DNA from: Chrysemys picta bellii
Lineage: Eukaryota
Length of the DNA stretch: 64,000 bases
Reading direction: 5' to 3'
Assembly: GCF_011386835.1 (NCBI RefSeq)
Contig: NC_088801.1
Span: forward strand, 55,986,001 to 56,050,000
Positions within the stretch are counted from its first letter, which is position 1. Each line of letters begins with the position of its first letter. Positions 38,101-64,000 of this stretch are shown piece by piece. The position numbers were made by a program, and so were the translations under genes. A model generated the notes under the pieces. It had not been told where the DNA came from and did no database searches. It saw nothing but the letters and a program-made list of their open reading frames with translations.

Positions 38101-40295
38101 AAGAGAATGTGACCAAGTAAAACTAAGTTATTTGCAATAATTGAGGGTTTAAGTGAAACAACTAAAAATTTAGTTTTAGGGATGTAGATTTAGATGCAAA
38201 AATAGAAATCTGAGCTGTGAGCTGCTGCTTGTTCCTACAGGCTACTATGCCAGTCTTCTACCAAGTCAGCAGTGAATTCTGAATGAGAGGTAGTTGAGTC
38301 TAAACTGTGTTATAGCCCTTTTTAACCATTCTTCCTACAGACCTTAAGTACAGCATAGTGTTTGCAGTTCACTGGAAAAATCTGTACTATCAGAAGTTCT
38401 TAAATGAAATTAAACTGATACTTGTTTGCATGACAACTCTGGGTCCCTGCTCTGGAGTTCTTGTTCCCTTAAGAACTTTGAGAGTTGCAAAATGTGCTTG
38501 CCTTAACATCACTCCTACTTTACTCAAGAAAAAAAACCCTTATCCCGTAAACAATCGTTTCTGTGCTGGAATGTGTAAGTAGATTAATATGCAGCACCAT
38601 ATTCACTCAACACCAGATGAAGACTGCTGTATCTATTTGAAGCTGTAAGGACAATTTATAGGCAGGCTATGAGTGCCTCATTTGGAATTTAATGGGGACA
38701 CCATTCTTAACACTGACTCTTAAGAAGAATGACACTGATGTTTAAGCATCTTACAGGAAAGACGGCACCTGCAGCAGCTGAGCACATCATAACACCATGC
38801 TGCAGCTCAGTACTGATTGTAGTAAATTATCACCTACTAAACCCTATGGGAATTTTGTAAAAAGATTTCTCTTACTAGGGTGACTTGTGTATGCAGCCAA
38901 TATAACTGAGTTAAGACACGAGTCCAGTTTATAGTGTAGATAAGTATTCCCTAACTAAACTGAAACCATGGACAGCACAAAGTAATATGACAGGCTATTT
39001 CACGTAAACAGTAACATGGCTGTCATGAGTTATGTAAGCTTCTTCTCATTCTTGTTTTATACCAATATTTTTGGTTTAAATGCAAGAATAGTTAAATGGT
39101 TAGAGAATGATAAGATCCCAAATCTGGTACTGTAGTAGTCTGAGGGCTTGCTGCTTATAACTAGTACATCAGTTCTGTGCAAAATCAGTTGTTCTCATTT
39201 TGTGTTTAAGGGGAAGACCATTCACTAATTGGAATACTTAGATCCAAAGGTGGTGAGAGCAGTGAATGTAGTTTGCAGCAAACTTAAAGCTACAGCCTTA
39301 GGTACTGAAAGATGGATGGGGAAGAGTAGCAGCTGGTCTCCCTCCCTAATTGCCATATTGTTCTTTCCTTGCTTTAAATGTAGCTATAGCATGACAACCA
39401 CCAGTCAAGGTAAAAACTAGATGTAGTGTTAAAATGAAATGTCTTTTATGTTCAAGTGTGTTTACACATTCCCTCTCCATTTCAAGATCTAGCCCCCCTC
39501 CCCCCCTTTTTTCCCTTTTCAGATGGTCTCTGGCTGTAACTCCATGTCTGCTAGCCCTTACTCACCTGACTCTAGGGTGACCAGATGTCCCGATTTTATA
39601 GGGACAGTCCCGATATTTGAGGCTTTTTCTTATATAGGTGCCTATTACCCCCCACCCCTGTCCCGATTTTTCACACTTGCTGTCTGGTCACCCTACCTGA
39701 CTCTAACCAATGCAAATCTCTTTCCACACTTCTAAGTCTGATTTCCTCAGTCACTAACTTATAAGTGCATGCTTTATTCACCCATCATCTTCACTTTTTT
39801 TATAACTATCATGCTTTTGTATTAATAATGAAGTATTCTGGGATGCAGCATGTATGAAACAGTTTATCTAAAAATAAACTGAGTTGAACGGCTTGAGTTT
39901 TCACTTGAAATTTTTTTAGAGTTGTATATAAACTTCATTTACAGAGGGTTAAAGCTCCACTTCCTACAAATTTTTTTTAAATTGCGCTAGATATACAATT
40001 CAAAAATACCAGCCCCACTTCCCATAGAATGCACATTAAGTACATGGAGATGGACTTTTTGATAAAGCAAGACAATTTACTGAAATGGTAGATGCTAGAA
40101 ATATCTTTTTCTTGATCTCTCAAACAGGTTTCTTTTGAGTTTCGTTCACTTCTACACTCTCAACTTGCTACACTATTTTTTGATGAAGTTGTTAAACAGA
40201 TGGTAGCTGCCTTTGAAAGAAGAGCATCCAAAATCTATGGGCCAGAAACTAGTATACCTCGGGAGCTAATGTTTCATGAAATTCATCACACATAA
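23047..40295 (+). CDS. COQ10B: Coenzyme Q-binding protein COQ10 homolog B, mitochondrial; join(23047..23120,28128..28277,32450..32642,35907..36008,40128..40295), 228 aa
   Basis: All introns are GT-AG and the 687 nt join in frame. Motifs [43 protein letters not shown] and [14 protein letters not shown] match the COQ10 START domain. Position agrees with synteny. Confidence 0.96.
28128..28277 (+). CDS. COQ10B: COQ10B exon 2
   Basis: 150 nt, [11 protein letters not shown]...[10 protein letters not shown]. Confidence 0.95.
29508..29920. mobile_element. hAT-type MITE with GC-rich interior
   Basis: Starts CAGTGGTCCCCAAACTT and ends AGTTTAGGGACCTCCA. A related left end lies at ~55550. Boundaries approximate. 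Confidence 0.65.
32450..32642 (+). CDS. COQ10B: COQ10B exon 3
   Basis: 193 nt, [10 protein letters not shown]...RPHLVK|GTAATT. Confidence 0.97.
33976..34615. mobile_element. hAT MITE
   Basis: Ends CAGGGGTTCTCAA / TTGAGAACCACTG; TSD AACTAGAG / GACTAGAA (6/8). Confidence 0.8.
35907..36008 (+). CDS. COQ10B: COQ10B exon 4
   Basis: 102 nt, [13 protein letters not shown]...LDFS|GTAAGT. Confidence 0.97.
36370..36579. mobile_element. hAT MITE, same family as 11387-11589
   Basis: Same interior and GTTTGAGAACCCCTG end; TSD GAATAGAC / ATATAGAC (6/8). Confidence 0.85.
39573..39695. mobile_element. 123-bp hAT (Blackjack-like TIR) MITE
   Basis: TIRs TAGGGTGACCAGA / TCTGGTCACCCTA with a perfect 8-bp TSD CCTGACTC. 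Confidence 0.92.
40128..40295 (+). CDS. COQ10B: COQ10B exon 5 (last coding)
   Basis: [26 protein letters not shown]...HEIHHT-stop. Confidence 0.97.
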   Translation, partial: VSFEFRSLLHSQLATLFFDEVVKQMVAAFERRASKIYGPETSIPRELMFHEIHHT

Positions 40296-40997
40296 AGGGA
40301 AAAAAGTTAGCTCTCTATCTTTATTATAATCTAATTTGTACACCTTATTTATAAGAGGTGCTTTTCTCTGTGGGCATCTATTTGTTAACTTAGCATTGTG
40401 TGTAATATACTGCTGTACAAAACATGCACATAATATGGAACCATGTACATAGAATATTAAGCTTCAAGTGCAATTCAGGGTGTGGTGTTTGTAACAAACT
40501 GAGTGGCAGCTACTGTAAGCTAGCCAATCAAGATTGCCTTTACCTTGCCAAACAGTTTGATTATATAATGAACAGCACATCAGCATTACTGCCTTATCTA
40601 AACTGTTAATTTTTTTGCAGTGTTTGTAATAAGTGTATGATGTTTAAGTTATTAGTTTTTGAACATATGTAACTTATTCTCATGATATTAGCATCAACCT
40701 AAACAAGTTCAGGGAAAGTTTAAGACAATTGCCCTTAACTTCCTACTTTTCCCTGCATCAGGAATACTAGTTTTATGCTCCAAAAGACTGAAAGAAGAAT
40801 CCCCTAATGGACAGTTTCAATACATTTTAACTGACAAGGCTCTAGTAGACAAAGCAGTGCCATCTTACATTAGTAGCTGTGGTAAAAATATAAACTGACA
40901 CATTACAGAAGTTAAGAGCAGCAATTACTTGTTCTACAACTTATGAGTTTAAACTAAATCAGTGTGGTAGTGTACAAAGTATATAATTGACTTAAAA

Positions 40998-41003
40998 AAT
41001 AAA
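40998..41003 (+). terminator. Candidate COQ10B polyadenylation signal
   Basis: AATAAA ~700 nt after the COQ10B stop, in AU-rich 3' UTR-like sequence. Confidence 0.4.
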
Positions 41004-42086
41004 AGATCTAAAGGAAGCAATTAAGCTTTTTAGAAGAAATCTACTTAAATTTTCACATTCAGTACTCCCATCAAACAGATTACTATAACATTAAAAGAAT
41101 GAAAGGGGTAAGTTATGCCAAGGATTTTTGAACACATTTGATGAGGCTGGCACTGTTATCTCCAGTCACTAGGGCTATTCCCTTGTGTTATAACTTTCTG
41201 TATTTCCCCCTCCTCTCCAAAAGCAAGCTGGAGCTAAATTGTCTCAAATTAAAGATATAAACTAAGTGAGTGAATAGATCTGCATCCTTTTTCTATTACA
41301 TTAAATTGCCTAATTCCTGTTTTAATTTTAGCATTAGCTCAAGTCTGAAGTTAAGTGAAATGTTTAGCTTCAAATCTAAAGTTTGACTTTTCTGAGAGGG
41401 AAAAGGGGTAAATGTATTAAGTGTACATAAGAGCGGATACCCAGAAAACTTGAATCCCTTCAGATTCTTAAACTGAGTTCATTTAAATCCGTTGCAGGCC
41501 CTACACTGAGTGCACAATTTCCCTCCCCCTAGAATAGCTTCACAGTTTGCTGGGAACAAGGAACCATGAGACTTCTGGTCCTCTGCAAACTTTAAACTGA
41601 AGGAAAACTCTCACTTTCCCTGGAGGACATCATGAGTTACAACATTCTTCAGGCAGCTGCAGCAGTCTAATTCTTTAACTTCAGGTGTTTAAACATATTG
41701 GGCTGTGTATATTTTTACCAGTGACAAATCTCCTCCTCTTTATGTTCCAGTAGATGTCTGGTGATATGAAACTGTTAGTCTTCAATCACAGGGGTACTAA
41801 TTTACTTTTTACAAGACCTGCTAATTCTTCTGTAGACATACAAGATTCAGTGGACTTGGATATGTTTCTCACCAGAATTTTATAACATCAAAACTACCCA
41901 TGGTCTATATTCACTCTCACTTGAGGGGAGGATCGTTTCTTAAACAAATACTCCATCCCTTCCCAGCACTAAAGGTCAGATTTCTAGCAGAGTTTAAATA
42001 TGATCCCTGTATCATTAGGTTTGATTTTTGTTAAAGGTTTGTAGACAGGTGAATAAGGTAATACATTTCATAACTTTGAACAATCT

Positions 42087-42304
42087 TTTATTATAGAGGT
42101 TGTCACATAATTGTATATTTGTCTTTGTACAATTTTTTTTTAGTCTTGCACACAATGGTTTCATCTGAACTTTTCCTAGTAGTGGCAAGCACCAATAAAT
42201 TCTGATTAAACAGAATTTCAAGTGCCTTAATTGATTAAATTTAAAGCAGAACATTGGCATGTGGATCTTGCACCCAGTAGCAGGAATGTACAAATGTCTT
42301 TATT
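42087..42304 (-). terminator. HSPD1 proximal (42299-42304) and distal (42087-42092) AATAAA signals
   Basis: Two plus-strand TTTATT motifs downstream of the HSPD1 stop codon. Confidence 0.75.
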
Positions 42305-42513
42305 GAAAAATACAAAATAAATTATCTGTAGGCATGGACAGTGACTAAACAGTTACATCAGTTAAATTAAATCCAGTAACTAATGGTTACAGTGATTCTT
42401 TTAAACACCAGCCTCACTTCAGTCACTATCCACCCCTGGCACTGACTTCTGAAGTTTTTAACAAACTGTCAGTCTCAACCATCACAGTTCATGATGTTTC
42501 AGTATTCCAGGAA

Positions 42514-60066
<17,553 letters not shown>

Positions 60067-60279
60067 TTCTGAAGAAAAAGAAAAAAAAAACTAAGATACT
60101 ACATTAGTTTTATTGTGGCAGTCCTTTGAACAACCATATTCCTGTGTTTTGTTCTCAAACTCCTCCAAAGATTTAGAGTAAACAACAAGTTGCTAGTAGT
60201 TTTGAGTTTTAAATGAAAGTGGTGACTGATCAAATATTTTAGTGTCGTAATTTTTGTAACAGTTGGATACTAGAGCAAA

Positions 60280-60410
60280 AGTTCCAGGAGTCTAGACCCC
60301 TAGATTCTATTCCCAGCTCTTCCAGTGATTCACTATGTGATCCTGGGCAAGTCACAACTTCTGCACCTCAATTTCTTCTTCTCTAAAATGGGAATAAAGT
60401 TTGAGCTCAT
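60280..60410 (+). mobile_element. Ancient CORE-SINE/MIR-like relic
   Basis: TATGTGATCCTGGGCAAGTCAC...CCTCAATTTC...AAAATGGGAATAA resembles the MIR core. Similar relics lie at ~11900-12060, ~16140-16225, ~25330-25450 and ~37990-38100. Confidence 0.55.
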
Positions 60411-61537
60411 AAGAGCACTGTGAAGTTCACTCTTTGTATGTGAAGAGATTATAGCAACAACGAGTGTTATGAGCATACTAGTATTATGTATGATAAAGCA
60501 GGAAAAGTAGTATATTTTACTGAGACTACTACAGGCTAGAAGAAAGTTTGTCAGAGCTCAGCAGCTTTATCAGCATAAGCATCCTAAAAGTAAAGTTGCT
60601 ATCTCAAAAAGAGAATGTGACAGTGAAAAACGAACACTTCAAGGCTGAGAGCATCTGGTGATAAACTTAAAAAAAAAAAATGCAACAGTATCAACAGCCT
60701 GGCAGAGAGAGCCTGCAGAAACCCAGGCCTATCCCCCTTCCACATGGTTCTCTCCATCAGGACATAACAAGGTCAAGAGACACTCGCCCCCTGCTGCTGG
60801 ATGAGCCAACCTGCACAGGCAGGGGAGCCACCCTCATGGAGGCCCCTTCTCCCAGAGATTATGGGAAAGGCTGTAACTGCAGCCCAGCAATGAACGGCGT
60901 GAAACCATCCTGCTAACAGGGCAGTGCCCCCCTGCCAAGGGGTAGCCAATGGCTGGTAATGCTTCCAGTGCAAAAGAGAGGGGGACACAGTACGTAGGAA
61001 GCCTGCACACGCACCCCGTATGTCTCTCACACACAGTCCCACACCCCCCTCCTAGACTGAAGGCGACGGGGTGTCTCACACACACACACACTCAAGGGCA
61101 GGAGGCGGGAAAAATCTCATACACACACACACACAAAGAAGAGCAGGAGAGAGAAATCGCACACACGAGCAGGCGTTTCCTTTCTCACCCCTCCAAGGTA
61201 GGAGCCGGGGGCCCCCCTTTGTCACACCCCCGCTCTCCCCCCCCCCCCCAGCAGGAGACTGGGGGGAGAGTCTCTCACACGCCCTAGTCCCTGAGACACC
61301 GGGCACGTGCGGGAAGCGGCGTGCGCGCTCCGTGGCGGCGGGCAGGGCTCGGGGAAGCCGCGGGGAGCCGTCCCCTGCCTCCTCAGCGCCGATGGCAGCA
61401 CCGCGCCGGAAGAGGCTGCCCGGTGCCCTGGACGCACATGGCTAGCGGGAGGAGAGGCCCCGGCGCAGCAGCCCCGAGCCCGCGCCGGGCCCCGCCTCAG
61501 CGGGCACAAGCCCCCGAGCCCGCGCCGGGCCGCTCAC

Positions 61538-61680
61538 CTGTGTAAGGCGGGCAAGGCAGTAGTCGGCTCCGCGGTCCGGGTTGGGAGCTGGACGAGCAGC
61601 ACAGCGCGGTGTGACCGAGTGACGGGAGCCAGGAGGGAACACAGCACTCACGGACTCTGCCCCTCCCCCGCTCAGGCAGC
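61538..61680 (-). other. HSPD1: HSPD1 non-coding exon 1 (5' UTR); 5' boundary approximate
   Basis: Minus-strand donor ACACAG|GTGAGC at 61538/61537, inside the CpG island. Confidence 0.75.
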
Positions 61681-62180
61681 GACCCATGTGGGGTCCTGTG
61701 CAGCCGGGCCCCGCAACCAGCATAACAGCATACGTTTGTCCCAGTTGGAGGCGGAGCGCGGCTTTCCGCCAATCGTGCAAGGGCCTAGCCGGGGAGTGGG
61801 CGGGGCCTGCGGGACTATGCGTCCTATGTGTGAGCTCCGGCTACTCGCGTATGAATCAAACAGGTTTCGGGGCCTCCCAATTCCAGAACCTTCTGGAACG
61901 CTCATGCTCGCCACAGGTCAAAGGTGGTATTACGTCACTTCAGGTCGTTGGGCCGATGCTGGGTGTAACGAGGACCTATTGACGCAGGTGTTCGGCTCTG
62001 CTGCATAGAGAATCCGGGTCTAGGGCGTAAAACGCCTGCGAGAGTAAAAAATAAACGTGGAAATAACATTTGTCTTCTAGGGACAACGGAAGTAGCCCCG
62101 CCTTCCGGCGCGCGGCGCTAGAGGGGAGGTGGTGGCGCATGCGCAGTCAGAGTGGCACCCCCCCACGTGTATTAGCTGTG
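61680..62180. promoter_or_regulatory. HSPD1/HSPE1 bidirectional promoter
   Basis: CCAAT ~61769, GC box ~61798, ACTA-type motif 61812-61824, HSE 61880-61899, CRE-like TTACGTCA 61930-61937, ETS CGGAAGT ~62087, NRF1 GCGCATGCGC 62135-62144. Confidence 0.9.
61880..61899. promoter_or_regulatory. Perfect four-unit heat-shock element
   Basis: aTTCcaGAAccTTCtgGAAc: four alternating nGAAn pentamers. Confidence 0.93.
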
Positions 62181-62234
62181 GGTGTGCGGCGCTCTGGACT
62201 CACTGGACGGCGAGCGGGAGGGACTCGGTGCGCC

Positions 62235-62237
62235 ATG
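62235..62237 (+). CDS. HSPE1: HSPE1 (HSP10) exon 1: ATG-only coding part; remaining exons lie beyond the window
   Basis: CGCCATG|GTGAGT, head-to-head with HSPD1. The ATG-only first coding exon matches the recalled mammalian HSPE1 structure. Confidence 0.85.
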
Positions 62238-62410
62238 GTGAGTGTCTCCGTTTCCTCGCGCGGTCTGGCCGTGGGCCCTTCGGCCGGACTTGCTGCGCTG
62301 GGGCAACTAGCACGGGGCAGGCGGGAGGGAAGCAGGTAGGGGCCGCGCTCGTGTTTCTCTCCAGCACATCGTGTGCGGAGGAGCTGCTCCGGGCGCCCCC
62401 GGGGCTGTGT

Positions 62411-62661
62411 GGGGACAGGGCCCCCGGGTCTCCCGCCCTCTTCCCCCCCATTGCAACTGGACGGGGACAGGGGCCCCCGGGTCTCCCCCCCTTCTCCCCT
62501 CCCCCCATTGTAGCTGGCGGGGACAGGGGCCCCCGGGTCTCCCCCCCCCTTTCCCCTCCCCCCATTGTAGCTGGCGGGGACAGGGGCCCCCGGGTCTCCC
62601 GCCCTCTCCTCCCCTCCCCCCATTGCAGCCGGCGGGGACAGGGGCCCCCGGGTCTCCCGCT
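62411..62661. repeat. GC-rich minisatellite, ~4.5 copies of a 51-58-bp unit, in HSPE1 intron 1
   Basis: GGGGACAGGGGCCCCCGGGTCTCCC recurs five times with C-rich spacers. Confidence 0.9.
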
Positions 62662-63424
62662 CTCTTTGCAGTCGGCCTATAGGCACGGACACCCCCAGCA
62701 GCCTCGCAGTGAGGCGCACACGGGGGGGGGGGGGTTAGAGCACGTGGCTACCCCCGGGCAAGGCTGCATTTCATGCCTCGGAGCTAGATAGCGACATGGA
62801 CCTCCAGTCTGTTCCTCGGCGGGCCTGCTGAGCCAGCCCTTCCGCCCCCCTTTGAGAAGTTAAGCCAGTGATCACATATAAATTCCACCTGAATAGGAGC
62901 GAAGACTGTAGAAAAAGACCATGTTCGTGCTGTGTCTAACTTCTGGCTACCATAAGTAGCCGTGAAATGAAAGTGTTTGCTTTTACCAGGCAGCATGCAT
63001 AAGTAATGGAATTTGCTGTCAGGAGCTTCTGAAGTCAACATGTATTTCAAGTTGACCTGTAACTTACCCAGTAACAATCTCTTTTAATTAATATAGTTTA
63101 ATTAATTAAACTATTTTTTCTCTTTTTGGCCTATCCATGAAAGTGACCTTGCATGGTCACAAGGTCATTTAGATACTGATACACCAATAGAAACAGGGAG
63201 AACAAGGATGTCCTTCTGTTCAAATGTTTTTGCTTTGTCACCTATCAGAAACAATGTTGTTGGTTTTCTTCTTTTTTTTTAAAAAAAAAACCTCAATAAT
63301 GTGCGAGAGTGAGCTAATATTCTTAGGCATCTGTAATGTGTCTTTAGACAATGTTAAACCCTACAGAGTTTGAGGAAAAAATTCCTTTCATCTTTTTTCT
63401 GGCTGTGGCTTTCTTATATTGTAT

Positions 63425-63803
63425 CAGAGGGGTAACCGTGTTAGTCTGTATCTACAAAAACTAGGAGGAGTCTGGTGGCACCTTAAAGACCAACAGATTT
63501 ATTTGGACATAAGCTTTTGTGGGTAAAAAAGATGGCCTAATTATCACTACAAAAGTTTTTTTTTTTCTCCTGCTGATAATAGCCCACCTTAACTGATTAC
63601 TCTCCTTATAGTTAGTATGGCAACACTCATTTTTCATGTCCTCTGCGTGTGTGTGTGTATGTGTATATATCTTCCTATTGTATTTTCCACTGCATGCATC
63701 CGATGAAGTGGGTTTTAGCACAGAAAAGCTTATGCTCAAATAAATTTGTTAGTCTGTAAGGTGCCACAAGTACTTCTCGTTCTTTTTGCTGATACAGACT
63801 AAC
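63425..63803. mobile_element. Penelope-like element end in inverted configuration
   Basis: GTGTTAGTCTGTATC...GGTGGCACCTTAAAGAC at left pairs with TTAGTCTGTAAGGTGCCAC...GATACAGACTAAC at right. Confidence 0.7.
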
Positions 63804-64000
63804 TACCATTCTGAAACCAGACTCCTTGTTGTTTCTTATATTGATCCTTCCCTCCTGCTGTCTTTCCTGCCAGAGAAATCACTGATGCAAAAAAAAAAAA
63901 AAAAAAAACACACACACAAAAAAAACAGGAGTTAGTATAAAAGGCCCTAGATGCTTAAATCTGAGTTATTTAAACTAAGTGTTTTCAACATATTGATAGC

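Noticed and set aside
42260-42420. H/ACA snoRNA in the HSPD1 3' region
   Set aside because: It is exonic 3' UTR overlapping a poly(A) signal, and the hairpin between the H-box-like motif and ACA is too short. Not called as ncRNA.
62411-62661. CRISPR-like repeat-spacer pattern
   Set aside because: The spacers are homologous to each other and the DNA is vertebrate; it is a minisatellite.
61071-62791. Long ORFs of 112-233 aa over the HSPD1/HSPE1 promoter and intron 1
   Set aside because: GC-rich CpG island and VNTR sequence lacks stops by composition. The translations are low-complexity with no recognisable domain.

Overview
Vertebrate genomic DNA, most likely turtle (inferred from PsCR1-type CR1 LINEs, Penelope ends and GC-rich hAT MITEs). 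It is syntenic with human 2q33.1. In order: SF3B1 first coding exon (-), the complete 5-exon COQ10B CDS (+, 228 aa), the complete HSPD1/HSP60 gene (-, 570 aa) and HSPE1/HSP10 exon 1 (+). HSPD1 and HSPE1 share a bidirectional promoter with a perfect four-unit heat-shock element. The unexpected item lies between SF3B1 and COQ10B: an uninterrupted 675-aa hAT-transposase ORF (16663-18690). It has an intact N-terminal C2H2/BED-like finger and D-D-E triad but has lost the CxxH motif, and I saw no terminal inverted repeats. It has a strong splice acceptor just upstream, and an otherwise unexplained CpG-island promoter with a splice donor lies 6 kb upstream. This is the signature of a domesticated transposase gene that I do not recognise from the human locus. 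The rest is repeats: three CR1 fragments, several hAT MITEs with 8-bp TSDs, LTR remnants (one with a tRNA-Ser primer-binding site), a Penelope end, CORE-SINE relics and a VNTR. No CRISPR, rRNA or true tRNA genes were seen. All assignments come from reading the sequence and recalled homology; no searches were run.
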